Part shown: piece by piece, positions 1-12,363 of the stretch
How the letters are laid out: every line of letters starts with the position of its first letter
Numbering within the stretch: the stretch's first letter is position 1
Assembly (NCBI GenBank): GCA_002269645.1
Contig: NIVC01004620.1
Location: 1-33,692, forward strand
Direction of reading: 5' to 3'
From: Macrostomum lignano
Taxonomy: Eukaryota
Length of the DNA: 33,692 nucleotides
The notes under the pieces: model-generated
Told to the model about the DNA's origin: nothing
What the model saw: only the letters and a program-made list of their open reading frames with translations
Databases searched by the model: none
Position numbers and translations under genes: made by a program

Positions 1-59
1 TTGGGCAACATACATGTACGCTCTACGCTGTAGAGTATAGCTACCACATGAGCTAATTA

Positions 60-362
60 ACTGTCACTAAAATGGGTTCTTGATTCAGTACTTATGAAAG
101 ATTGTATCTCCATAATGTTTTTAGGCTTTGTGAAATTTAGGTCTTGTGAAAGATTGTATCTCCATAGTGTTTTTAGGCGTTGTGAAATTTAGAGCTTCTG
201 AAAATAGAAGCAAATTTAATTTTCGACATTGTGATATTTAGGGTTTGTGAAATTTAGGTTTTCTGAAATTTAGAGATAGTGAAATTTAGGGCTTTTGAAA
301 TTCTGTGCATGCCTTTAGGTGTTATGAAATTTAGGGCTTATTAGGGTTTGTGAAATGACCCT
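60..362. mobile_element. Degenerate array of TGTGAAATTT-type subterminal repeats; probable right end of a non-autonomous DNA transposon related to the element at 16891-18026
   Basis: Repeated (T)GTGAAATTT(A/C)G motif. The block ends GGGTTTGTGAAATGACCCC, like GAGTTTGTGAAACCCCCCCC at 18008-18026. Confidence 0.5.
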
Positions 363-2227
363 GGCTTGTTTAATTTGATTCCTTTATATTTGACTATATG
401 ATTTTGATGGCTCATTTGATGGTAGTTTGAATAATCCTTAAGTTATACACTGTAAATCATTTTAATTTGTTGGAAAACAAGAACATGCTGCTGCCATGAG
501 CTAAGATCCTTGTGCAGCCAATGTAACACAATATGACAATTTAGTAAATGCAACATTGTCTAATACTGAGATGATGACAATTCAGATAATTTAGTTGTTT
601 TTCTTATAAGCCGCAGATGACAATCTCGAATATGACGACTTTGGCTGGAACCATAATTGGAATTGGCATTTGAGTTGTACAAAGGATGCGATAGAATCTT
701 TTGTGTAGTTCACTTTGAGATGCATATATATATATGAGAATGTTTTTGAGTGACATTGAGTATATAGGCCTATAGAAATTTGCATCTATTTTTAATCACC
801 TTTATTCTTTAAAAACAAATAAATATATATAAATAATTATAGACAGTGAAATAAATACTCCATGCATACAATACATGTACACATATATTTGGTAGGCCCC
901 CAAAGTAAATTATTACTGAAATGGATATCACCAAAGTGACTATCACCAAAGTGACTATCACCAAATTAACTATAATTCCTTTGTCATCAGATTTTGCAAG
1001 GCTTGGCTATAGCCTAGTAGGCCTATTCAATTGTTATTGTTGATCAATTGTTACTTAATAAAATATTCTATAAAATGTAAAATGTAAAATGTAGGATTAA
1101 ATACATGCTTAGAGATTCAACTTGTCTAATTCTCTAATTCTAGGCCCGAATCAAGCTTTTGTCTCTCAGAAGTCAGTCCCTTTTAAAGTTCCAACTAATT
1201 GTATGGCCTAACTAGTTAGGTGGGTGGCCTAACTAGTTTATCAAAATCTATTTTTTGATGCAAATAATCGCATTATAGACATTGCCCCTTTACTGTTACT
1301 TAACTTATATATAGCGTATAGGACTAATTTGCATCAAATTGCAACTCTGCAACAATATAAGCAGATCAACTTGGCAATTTTTTAAGGTACACTTCGCAAA
1401 TTATATATACTTGTATATACAGTAAAAGTAAATATTTGTGCGAAAATTGCAAGAAAATATCTAGGATAGTGTTCCCCTATACTAAAAATCCCACGTGAAT
1501 TGCAATTCAACCCATTATTCACGGTAATGGTGCATGCAGCGCAGTATAATATCGACTCGGCGTCGAGGGGAATTTAAAAGCGAAATGTTAACAATTTTTT
1601 AAATTAAACGAAAATATATATTAGCGTAAAAACAAAAACTTTTGTTTACATTACAGGCAACGCATTTGTTTGAGATAAAAAATGCAATAAATTTTCAAGT
1701 ATAAAAAGTTTAATAAATTATACGATTTAGGGAGTTCCGATTTTGTATTAAAAATACTTTTTAAAATAATGTTTTCTAGGAACACAAGTAACAACAAGAA
1801 CTAATTATCGTGAGATACATTGCTACTATTATCGGGTTTACAACTAAAAGCCTTCACTAGATAAGTCTATTAGGATTACATTTGAATCTACATATTAATA
1901 AACACCCTTAAATTGGCTTTGCTATGCAAACAGCAAACAGGGCAAGGTGAACAGTGCGAAAGAAATAAGGACGAAGAACAACCGGATTTAGAAACTAGGA
2001 GCAGCAGCTTTGGCTCGACTATTTCCAAGCCCTCTGCAAAAAAGCATGATATTGACAGCTGTGTTCACTGCCAAGAGTCACTCTTCTCTACGAGCTGTAC
2101 AACGGCGGAAGAGTTAAAGCGTGCTCTACAAGAAAATTCCTTACTGAGCAATGTCTTCTCTGACTTACAAGACGACTCAGAGAATTCTCCAAGCCGAAAT
2201 ATCCTGGAAAGAAATCTATCTTTTAAA

Positions 2228-2258
2228 ATGAGACCAAAGTTGTACTCTACTAGCCATG
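2228..2258 (+). CDS. PFKFB: PFKFB coding exon 1 (MRPKLYSTSH..); start uncertain because the frame is open without ATG back to ~1886
   Basis: AAAATG at 2225-2230 and strong donor G|GTAAGT at 2259. The phase-1 junction joins exon 2 in frame. Confidence 0.55.
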
Positions 2259-2940
2259 GTAAGTTTGTTGCTTGAAGTAGATGCTATTGGCAAGTGAATT
2301 TCATACTTATTGCAAATTATCAAATTATCACTTGTATTCATATTATCACACCTTTCAAATCAAACACAAAGTGGGAGTCAAATTTTTGTCACTTATTTTT
2401 TTATTTAAAACTTTTTAAAAACGTTGAGAAATTTCACTAATCTAAAAAAGCCTTTCTGTATATTCCCACAAGTAAGATAAATTGTAAAATGGCAGTACAG
2501 TACCATTTTAGTAAGTCTAGAAGATAGGTTGTTAGTTGCTTATTAATATTATCCCTTAGTTAGTAGACAAGCTAGCAGAGATTACTAGGTTTAAAAACAT
2601 TAGATAGGTCTAGGTTTAGGCTGAGATAGATAAGCCTATCTTAAGTAAAGGGGCATTTACAATTGAATTGATCTATATTCTTGATATTAGAAGCAGAAAA
2701 GGCATTAATTGCTATAGATTTTTCTTTGATTGTGCTAATTAGCACAAAATTTTTGGTATATAGAAAGGATAGTTTAGGTTGGGATTAAATTTTAATTTTT
2801 AAGTTGCAAACAAAATATAAACAATCTCAGTCATCAAGAGTTAATTAAAGCATTTTTATGACTTTCTGTTGAGCTAAATTTTTTTAATACATTGCTCCTA
2901 TATGTATTCTATATATTATAACTATAATTTGCAACTATAA

Positions 2941-3111
<171 letters not shown>

Positions 3112-3180
3112 TAATTATTGATAGGATGAAATATTTTACAACTATTGTTCTGTATATATTACTCTTATGAGTACGAGTAG

Positions 3181-3255
3181 TTTGTCTGTTTGTCTGTCTG
3201 TCTGTCTGTCGGTCTATCTGTCTGTCTGTCTGTGTGTCTGTCTGTCTGTCTGTCC

Positions 3256-3318
<63 letters not shown>

Positions 3319-3362
3319 GGTCTGTCTGTCTGTCTTAGACTCTTAGTGTCTGTCTGTCTGTC
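3181..3362. repeat. (TGTC)n microsatellite in PFKFB intron 2
   Basis: Direct reading. Confidence 0.95.
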
Positions 3363-3418
3363 TGTCCCGCATCGGTTGCGCTAACCCGCCTGCCCGCTGC
3401 CCCAACCCTCCCCCCCAG

Positions 3419-3813
3419 TGTTCAGCATCGGCGACTACACACGTCGCCAGACGGCCGCCACGCCCGCCAGCGGCGGCAGCCAGCCGGAGGTCTCAACTGA
3501 AGGCGGCGCGAAGCCCGACGAAGCCGAAGAGTTCAACCGGCTGCGCGATCTGTGCGCCCAGCTGGCTCTGCAGGACGCCACCGCCTACCTGCGCGGCGGA
3601 GTTTCAGCGGCCTCTTCCTCTGCCACCGCTGTCGCCCCAGCCGGCCAGCTGGCAACCTTCGGCGAGGTGGCCGTGCTGGACGCCACCCACGGCAGCCGGA
3701 CTAGACGGTTGGCCATCTTGGAGCACTGCGCCGCGGCCGGTTTCAGCGCATTTTTTGTCGAATCCTACTGCGACTCTGAAGCCATTGTTGAGGCCAATAT
3801 TATGGATGTTAAA
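3419..3813 (+). CDS. PFKFB: PFKFB exon 3 (VFSIGDYTRR..VLDATH..FFVESYCD..ANIMDVK)
   Basis: Homologous to PFK-2 motifs VFNVGEYRR, VFDATN and FFIESVC; ccccag acceptor, gtgagg donor, phases consistent. Confidence 0.92.
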
Positions 3814-3989
3814 GTGAGGATGAGGCCTGAGAGGGGAGGGTTGCAGATACTCCAGCCCGCTTTTTTTACAGTCAGGTATCTAAGATGAATTGCCAAAGAG
3901 AACTGCATGGCGTGACAGTTATATAAGTTTACGGATGGACAGAGTGACATACAGGAGGATAGGCAGAGAGACAAACAAGCGGGCAGGAA

Positions 3990-4215
3990 GACAAGCATAC
4001 AAGCAGGAGGACAGGCATACAAGCAGGAGGACAGGCATACAAGCAGGAGGACAGGCATACAAGCAGGAGGACAGGCATACAAGCAGGAGGACAGGCATAC
4101 AAGCAGGAGGACAGGCATACAAGCAGGAGGACAGGCATACAAGCAGGAGGACAGGCATACAAGCAGGAGGACAGGCATACAAGCAGGAGGACAGGCATAA
4201 AAGCAGGAGGACAGG
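3990..4215. repeat. 20-bp tandem repeat (ACAAGCAGGAGGACAGGCAT)n, PFKFB intron 3
   Basis: About 10 near-perfect copies with period 20. Confidence 0.95.
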
Positions 4216-4254
4216 CGGGCAGGAGTCAAGATAGACAGACTGGTGGAAAGACTA

Positions 4255-4905
4255 GAGGACAGACAGGAAGGTATACAGACAGGCAGGCATATAGACAGAC
4301 AGGCAGGTATACAGACAGACAGGAAGGTATACAGACAGGCAGGCATATAGACAGACAGGCAGGTATACAGACAGACAGGCAGGTATACAGACAGACAGGT
4401 AGGTATACAGACAGACAGGCAGGTATACAGACAGACAGGCAGGTATATAGATAGACAGGCAGGTATACAGACAGACAGGCAGGTATACAGACAGACAGGC
4501 AGGTATATAGATAGACAGGCAGGTATACAGACAGACAGGCAGGTATACAGACAGGCAGGTATACAGACAGACAGGCAGGTATACAGACAGGCAGGTATAC
4601 AGACAGACAGGCAGTATATAGATAGACAGGCAGGTATACAGACAGGCAGGCAGGTATACAGACAGGCAGGTATACAGACAGGCAGGCAGGTATACAGACA
4701 GGCAGGTATACAGACAGACAGGCAGGTATACAGACAGGCAGGTATACAGACAGACAGGCAGGTATACAGACAGGCAGGTATACAGACAGACAGGCAGGTA
4801 TACAGACAGGCAGGTATACAGACAGACAGGCAGGTATACAGACAGGCAGGTATACAGACAGACAGGCAGGTATACAGACAGGCAGGTATACTGACAGGCA
4901 GGTAT
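4255..4905. repeat. 20/24-bp tandem repeat (GACA(GACA)GGCAGGTATACA)n, PFKFB intron 3
   Basis: Direct reading; GACA-derived unit with length variants. Confidence 0.95.
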
Positions 4906-5003
4906 GCAGTAGGGGTTAGTTACGTTGGCTGAACTGCCTGTAAAAAGTTGTTTAGTAGTTGAAGCCGTCGGTCGTTTAAACCCCTGTCCCCCTGTCACAC
5001 TAG

Positions 5004-5225
5004 GTGAGCAACTCGAACTTTCGTGACTGCACAGACAAAGAGGCGGCAGCGCAAGAATTTCGCGAACGCATTCGCAAGCACGAGGCCGAGTATCAGCCGC
5101 TGGACGCGACTGTCGATGGCCAGCTGTCGTTTGTTAAAATTATCAACCAGGGCGAGCGGTTTATTATTAACCGACTGCGGGGCAACATTCAGAGCCGGGT
5201 GGCCTATTATTTGATGAATGTGAAG
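5004..5225 (+). CDS. PFKFB: PFKFB exon 4 (VSNSNF..YQPLD..SFVKIINQGERFIINRLRGNIQSRVAYYLMNVK)
   Basis: Matches the kinase C-terminal motifs YQPLD, SFIKI and SRIVYYLMN; 222 nt, phase 0/0. Confidence 0.92.
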
Positions 5226-5424
5226 GTGCAATCTTCTACTATGATTTGGGTGTTTAATAAATCTAAAGGCTATTCTTTCATGATAATTTTAAAAAAATCG
5301 TCACTTGATTGTCTTTTTTTGCGAGTAAAAGTCACAAGGTACTGTTTTTACTGTGCCAACAATATCCCTTGGTTGTCTTATACTTCGCTATAAAGTCAGG
5401 TAACTAGTTTGAACTTTGCTATGA

Positions 5425-5848
5425 AGTCACGTGACTAGCTTGTAATTTACTATAAAGTCACGTGACTAGCTTGTACTTTGCTATATAGTCACGTGACTAG
5501 CTTGTACTTTGCTATATAGTCACGTGACTAGCTTGTACTTTGCTATAAAGTCACGTGACTAGCTTGTACTTTGCTATATAGTCACGTGACTAGCTTGTAC
5601 TTTGCTATATAGTCACGTGACTAGCTTGTACTTTGCTATATAGTCACGTGACTAGCTTGTACTTTGCTATTTAGTCACGTGACTAGCTTGTACTTTGCTA
5701 TATAGTCACGTGACTAGCTTGTACTTTGCTTTATAGTCACGTGACTAGCTTGTACTTTGCTATAAAGTCACGTGACTAGCTTGTACTTTGCTATATAGTC
5801 ACGTGACTAGCTTGTACTTTGCTATAAAGTCACGTGACTAGCTTGTAC
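5425..5848. repeat. 31-bp tandem repeat (GTCACGTGACTAGCTTGTACTTTGCTATATA)n, 14 copies, each with a palindromic E-box; PFKFB intron 4
   Basis: 14 GTCACGTGAC counted by hand, period 31 (e.g. 5581 and 5612). Confidence 0.95.
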
Positions 5849-6008
5849 TGCCTCCAATAGGCAAAAATTGTCTCGTGACGGTGACAGTTGTTTTTCTGCA
5901 CCACAGTCGCGTGGTTCACTAGTAATTCCCTATAAAGTCACGTGATTGCCTTGTATCGGGCCTCTAATTGGCTACAAAATCACGAGACTATTACGCAAAC
6001 ATGGGCAG

Positions 6009-6229
6009 GTGGGCCCCGGCCGCTGTATCTACCTGGTCCGACACGGCGAGTCAATGTTCAACGTACTCGGCCGAATCGGCGGCGACGCCGATCTGTCCGA
6101 GCGCGGCCGGCTATTCGCTAAACGCCTGGCCGAATGGGTGGACGAACGCGCCGGGGACCAGTCGCGGCCGCCGCTGAGAGTCTGGACCAGCCATATGCGG
6201 CGAACCGTACAGACTGCCGCGTTTATTAG
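6009..6229 (+). CDS. PFKFB: PFKFB exon 5, start of the bisphosphatase domain ([21 protein letters not shown])
   Basis: Histidine-phosphatase RHG motif; cag acceptor at 6006-6008. Confidence 0.95.
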
Positions 6230-6317
6230 GTGGGCCGGCTTGTTTGCGCATGTTTATTTGAAGGCTGTTTATGCTTTTGTTTATTTTTAATTCCAAATCT
6301 ACCTGAATTCCCTTTGA

Positions 6318-6470
<153 letters not shown>

Positions 6471-6504
6471 TGAGATGGTCTGCGTGTTTATGCTTTATGC
6501 CCAT

Positions 6505-7145
6505 TTGGTATTGGGATCACAGAGCCGCTCATTTCAGAATGGGATTGGGGATCACAGAGCCGCTCATTTCAGAATGGGATTGGGGATCACAGAGCCGCTC
6601 ATTTCAGAATGGGATTGGAGATCACAGAGCCGCTCATTTCAGAATGGGATTGGGGATCACAGAGCTGCTCAAGTGGAGAATGGAATTGGGGATCACAGAA
6701 CTGCTCAAGTGGAGAATGGAATTGGGGATCACAGAACTGCTCATCCCAGAATGGCATTGGGGATCACAGAACTGCTCATTTCAGAATGGCATTGGGGATC
6801 ACAGAGCTGCTCATCCCAGAATGGCATTGGGGATCACAGAGCTGCTCATCCCAGAATGGCATTGGGGATCACAGAGCTGCTCATCCCAGAATGGGATTGG
6901 GGATCACAGAGCAGCTCAAGCTGAGAATGGGATTGGGGATCACAGAACTGCTCATCCCAGAATGGGATTGGGGATCACAGAGCAGCTCAAGCTGAGAATG
7001 GGATTGGGGATCACAGAGCTGCTCATCCCAGAATGGGATTGGGAATCACGGAGCTGCTCATCCCAGAATGGGATTGGGGATCATAGAGCTGCTCAAGTTG
7101 AGAATGGGATTGGGGATCACAGAGCCGCTCAAGCTGAGAATGGGA
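6505..7145. repeat. ~35-bp tandem repeat (CAGAATGGGATTGGGGATCACAGAGCCGCTCATTT)n, PFKFB intron 6
   Basis: Direct reading; several variant subtypes. Confidence 0.93.
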
Positions 7146-7193
7146 TTGTGAGGTCAAGCTGGATCATTCTGAAAGCTCAATTCCCATGCCTGA

Positions 7194-7502
<309 letters not shown>

Positions 7503-7554
7503 TAATTTCTGACCTGTCTGAAAATCCAAGAAATGCCCCTTCTATTCTTATGGA

Positions 7555-8832
7555 ATAAGAATCGCCCTTCCATCCTTAAGGAAGAAGAATCGCCCTTCCA
7601 TCCTTGAGGAAGAAGAATCGCCCTTCCATCCTTAAGGAAGAAGAATCTCCCTTCCATCCTTGAGGAAGAAGAATCTCCCTTCCGTACTTAAGAAAGAAGA
7701 ATCTTCCATCCTTAAGGAAGAAGAATCGCCCTTCCGTACTTAAGGAAGAAGAATCTCCCTTCGAGCCCCGAGGAAGAAGAATCTCCCTTCCATCCTTGAG
7801 GAAGAAGAATCGCCCTTCCATCCTTGAGGAAGAAGAATCTCCCTTCCATCCTTGAGGAAGAAGAATCTCCCTTCCATCCTTGAGGAAGAAGAATCGCCCT
7901 TCCATCCTTGAGGAAGAAGAATCGCCCTTCCATCCTTGAGGAAGAAGAATCTCCCTTCCATCCTTGAGGAAGAAGAATCTCCCTTCCATCCTTGAGGAAG
8001 AAGAATCGCCCTTCCATCCTTGAGGAAGAAGAATCGCCCTTCCATCCTTGAGGAAGAAGAATCGCCCTTCCATCCTTGAGGAAGAAGAATCGCCCTTCCA
8101 TCCTTGAGGAAGAAGAATCTCCCTTCCATCCTTGAGGAAGAAGAATCTCCCTTCCATCCTTGAGGAAGAAGAATCTCCCTTCCATCCTTGAGGAAGAAGA
8201 ATCTCCCTTCCATCCTTGAGGAAGAAGAATCTCCCTTCCATCCTTGAGGAAGAAGAATCTCCCTTCCATCCTTGAGGAAGAAGAATCTCCCTTCCATCCT
8301 TGAGGAAGAAGAATCGCCCTTCCATCCTTGAGGAAGAAGAATCTCCCTTCCATCCTTGAGGAAGAAGAATCTCCCTTCCATCCTTGAGGAAGAAGAATCT
8401 CCCTTCCATCCTTGAGGAAGAAGAATCTCCCTTCCATCCTTGAGGAAGAAGAATCGCCCTTCCATCCTTGAGGAAGAAGAATCTCCCTTCCATCCTTGAG
8501 GAAGAAGAATCGCCCTTCCATCCTTGAGGAAGAAGAATCTCCCTTCCATCCTTGAGGAAGAAGAATCGCCCTTCCATCCTTGAGGAAGAAGAATCGCCCT
8601 TCCATCCTTGAGGAAGAAGAATCTCCCTTCCATCCTTGAGGAAGAAGAATCTCCCTTCCATCCTTGAGGAAGAAGAATCTCCCTTCCATCCTTGAGGAAG
8701 AAGAATCGCCCTTCCATCCTTGAGGAAGAAGAATCTCCCTTCCATCCTTGAGGAAGAAGAATCTCCCTTCCATCCTTGAGGAAGAAGAATCTCCCTTCCA
8801 TCCTTGAGGAAGAAGAATCTCCCTTCCATCCT
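7555..8832. repeat. 28-bp tandem repeat (GAGGAAGAAGAATCTCCCTTCCATCCTT)n, ~45 copies, PFKFB intron 7
   Basis: Direct reading. All three minus-strand frames give the same 28-aa periodic pseudo-ORF. Confidence 0.97.
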
Positions 8833-9291
8833 TAAATTCTTCGATCTCTTGACGTTCGCCCTTCATTGTATTTTCTGAATGGTATTGCAACTTTTTAATT
8901 TTTTAAATGCCGACCTGCATTATAATATATAAGCACACCTATTTTCTTGGTTACATTTATATTGACTATGCCCAATACAGGTACACCGACAGTAACTCGT
9001 GTATTTTTTATTGTAAGGTAACGTACATGGTAGAATTATTAATAAGTAGCAAAACTGATAGTAAAGTACATTAAGATCTCAGTTTAAAATAAAGGTAAAA
9101 TAAAGGTAAAACTTAATTTATTATTTTACCTACATGTAAACATCCCTAACCTGCTTGCTTAATATTGAGTAAGTTTTCTCAATTCCTCATTTGCAATCGC
9201 CTCGTAGTACGCAGCAACACTAATTGTTTAAGTACGTTCTGTACTTTATTTAAACTATGACGCCTGTTGTATAAATTTTTGCACATTTCAG

Positions 9292-9351
9292 AATATCGAC
9301 GCGACCAGAACTGCGCAGGAAGCTTTGTCAACAATTCCTAGCCACTACTGA
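9292..9351 (+). CDS. PFKFB: PFKFB terminal exon 8 (NIDATRTAQEALSTIPSHY*)
   Basis: tttcag acceptor and phase 0. The peptide resembles the PFKFB C-terminus NVDITRxPEEALDTVPAHY. Confidence 0.85.
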   Translation, partial: NIDATRTAQEALSTIPSHY

Positions 9352-11434
9352 TGCTAAACTATTGAGTAGTAACTATAGAGACATTGACTCCTGCGATAAT
9401 TTTATAATTATATAGTTCGTAATGCGACGATACAGCTGTTTTCTATCTACTAATTTTTTTACTAAACTCTAAAACACTTGGCTTGCCTCCATAGCTTAAT
9501 AATTTCATGTTCGCTTGTTGTTACAGTCTACTTATTTTATGTGTAAACTCTTGACATTTGTTTTTATAAACAGCAGTTCTGTGAGAGTTTTTTATGTTAG
9601 CAAGGTCCAATTAATTCTCAATACAGTTGGTGTCCGTTGCGCAAGGTACTTCAGTATGTGTCATGTCCATTGCTGTGTCGTTTCTCTTAGGATTTTAGCT
9701 TCCTGCTAGACTAACAGAAATACACGTGCGTTTATTGAAAATAGTTTAGTCATTTACTATATGTTTATTATAATTAATGGTTGCTCGCATGTCTTAGTCT
9801 TTACTGGGTTTTTCGTAACTCGATCCGGTTCACGGAAAGCCCAAGTCCCGGTCGTGTTTAATCTCTTGCTTTTGTAATAATACAGTACAGGTATTACATG
9901 TAACATAAATGACATATATATATGTCAGTTTATGAAATATCACGTTCTTAACTTAAATTGCTTTGTTTGAATAGGCGTGTTGTAATATCATTACTCTTGT
10001 ATAAACATAGGATTAGAGATTCTACAACAAATTTTTGCTCCGGAAGTTCAGCTCATTCTATTCATATATATGTATTTGGAAACCCATGCGAAATTTGTTG
10101 ATTGTATATTAAGAGTAGCACTCGAGTAGAGAAACTTCAATGCATGCAAACTGCGCAATGCAAAACCATACCTTTTTGTTCGTAAATGTAAAAAAATATA
10201 CTCGCAACTCTATTTTCGAACTTGGGTGTGTACGTTAATTAGCCCATTTTCTCAAATAAAATCCATGAGTCTTGGAATTACTTTTTATCATGCGTATGAA
10301 AAAAGTTATGTATTTTTTTATCAAATCAATAGCGCTCATAAGTCGTTTTTATATTGCAATACATTTATTTGACTATTGTGCGAATACTTAAACTGGATCA
10401 AGACATAAAAAGATTTGACGGGGCTTTGGGTATAGTTTTAAGTGAAGTCTCAATTACTTTCAACCTATATTTAACAAAAACTCACTTGTATATTTAAAAA
10501 ACTATTTGTTTCTAAATAGATTTAGTTTTTAATGTCTTTTGTTAAAATACATGCTTCCAGCTTCAACACACGATTTTGATTTTACATTCCGAATTCTTTT
10601 TAACGAAATTACAATCGTTGTGTGTAAAAAACGCAACAAATTTCAGGATTTTAACCACAAAAAATTATTTAGCAACGATTGATCTCCATGTTAGAAAATA
10701 AAATTAACCAATTAGCCTTTTCACTTAAGTATATTACTTGATACTTTCTGATAGAATCTGCTTTGAGTTTGATTTCCTATTTTTTATATGGGACAGAAAA
10801 TTACCTTATGCAGTATTTTTAAAACGCATTGTATTTTTTTAGATAAGTTTAAGCATATGTGACTCGTTTTACATGTACAATATGTTTACCTTAAGTTGAG
10901 GAACAAAGTCTACCTGTCTTTATTTACCTTACCAGTCTACCAGTCTCTAGCTATACAGTCTACCAAACCAAACTAAAACTTATTCTGGTTGAAAAGGGTT
11001 ACTTTAATTGCTAAATACTGCAGAGGTATCCTAATTATTAATTTGCTTTGCATAAAAATGATTTTTTAATTAACATTTTGAACAATTTTAAGCACTATTT
11101 TTGACAATTAGGGGTTGGGATACATAAGCAGTAATTTTGTTTATCTGTGACTGTGCATGCCTTTGTTTGGCAATGGCATTCAACATTTTATATATTGTTT
11201 TGATGAGAATGCTTTGTGACATAATTAGGTCTAGAAATATTTAGCATCAGATCTTCAAATGGAGTTTAGTTTATTTAGTATATAATACTCTTAGATATAT
11301 TTTTCAATACAAGGTCAAGGATAATGACAACTCAGCAGTTTTAGTGCAACCAGAAATTTGTTGAGGGAGGGGTGGGCAGATTCTGGAAGGTAAACCCTGG
11401 GAAGGGGGCAGATGGGTGGCTCTGTTTTTGGCAA

Positions 11435-11502
11435 AAATTCGCTTGGTAGCAAAAATGGTAGCAGATTTTGGTAGCAGGTAGCATGGTAGCAGGTAGCAAA
11501 AT
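11435..11502. repeat. Short array of GGTAGCA motifs (6 copies), probably the subterminal repeats of a decayed transposon
   Basis: Direct reading of the motif; the transposon origin is inferred. Confidence 0.5.
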
Positions 11503-11862
11503 TATGCATTCTAGTGCAATATTGCAATAGTGCAATACACATACTTGTATAAGCTAATTTACAGATTTAATTTGTTTTTACTTTTTTCCTTTAATGAAAT
11601 ATATTTAGATACTTCTGGTTTCATCTATCATACTCAAATTTACGATTCCTAGACACCTCAGAAGTTAAGGTATATGCTTCAGTTCAGAAAAATGATATAA
11701 CCATTTCATTTTTAACCATTTAAACACAAATTGTTACCAAAAATCTATGGCGGTTCAAGAGTACGATCAAAATAGGGCCTGCCTCAATATAGCATGCATA
11801 ACATTTTCGTAACAACTGTATTCCTCATCAAAATTGATGCATGCCTCCTCTGCAGCCGACTA

Positions 11863-12273
11863 ATGTTTGATGTCGCTAATCCAGAGAGCGCCATGGTTAC
11901 CGTGGCAACCTCATCCGATCCCAACCATCGGCCGGACTTTATTTTAACCGACGATCCCAAAGAATTCTGGATGTCAACGGGCCTCTTCCCGCAGGAGTTC
12001 GTCATCAGCTTCAACTCGCAGATGGAGATCAGCAGCATTAGTCTGTCGCACGTGAATATCCAACACATGGAAGTGTTCATGTGCCCCAATCAGGACGGCG
12101 AGAACTTTGATCCCCTGTGCGAGGAGGATCTTGACCAGGCTGAGGGCAGCTTCAACACGGCCAGCATTCCTTTGAAAAAGAAAATTAACGTCTGGCACCT
12201 GCGGTTTCTAATCACCTCGGCTAGCGATCATTTTGTTGCCGTGCAAAAAGTGAAAGTTGAGGGTCGAGCCTAA
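11863..12273 (+). CDS. IFT25: Intraflagellar transport protein 25 (IFT25/HSPB11), intronless, 136 aa
   Basis: ATSSDPNH..FWMSTGLFPQEFVISF..LRFLITSASDHFVAV matches the IFT25 family (ATSSDEKH, FWTTTGMFPQEFII, LRFIIVSAFDHF). ATG at 11863 follows an AG acceptor. Confidence 0.92.
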   Translation: MFDVANPESAMVTVATSSDPNHRPDFILTDDPKEFWMSTGLFPQEFVISFNSQMEISSISLSHVNIQHMEVFMCPNQDGENFDPLCEEDLDQAEGSFNTASIPLKKKINVWHLRFLITSASDHFVAVQKVKVEGRA

Positions 12274-12363
12274 ACTAATTGGGTAACACACCTGTTCTCA
12301 AAGTCTAGGGATTGAAGGGAATCTAAAAATTTCCACAAGGAATACAGGCAAAATATTTTGATG

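Noticed and set aside
926-972. Three copies of a 15-bp unit (TATCACCAAAGTGAC)
   Set aside because: Too short to assign; probably a fragment of a decayed element.
3190-4998. CLSV/ACLY-repeat ORFs, and similar ORFs at 6322-7219, 20881-21231, 22596-23049, 25619-26018, 28116-28817 and 31854-32348
   Set aside because: All fall on micro- or minisatellites or on the antisense strand of real exons.
7576-8890. Three long minus-strand ORFs (353-417 aa) with MEGRFFFLKDG repeats
   Set aside because: They are stop-free translations of a 28-bp intronic tandem repeat, and every frame gives the same periodic peptide.
11794-11862. N-terminal extension of IFT25 from the upstream ATG at 11794
   Set aside because: Family homology begins at MFDV (11863), and an acceptor-like tract lies in between.
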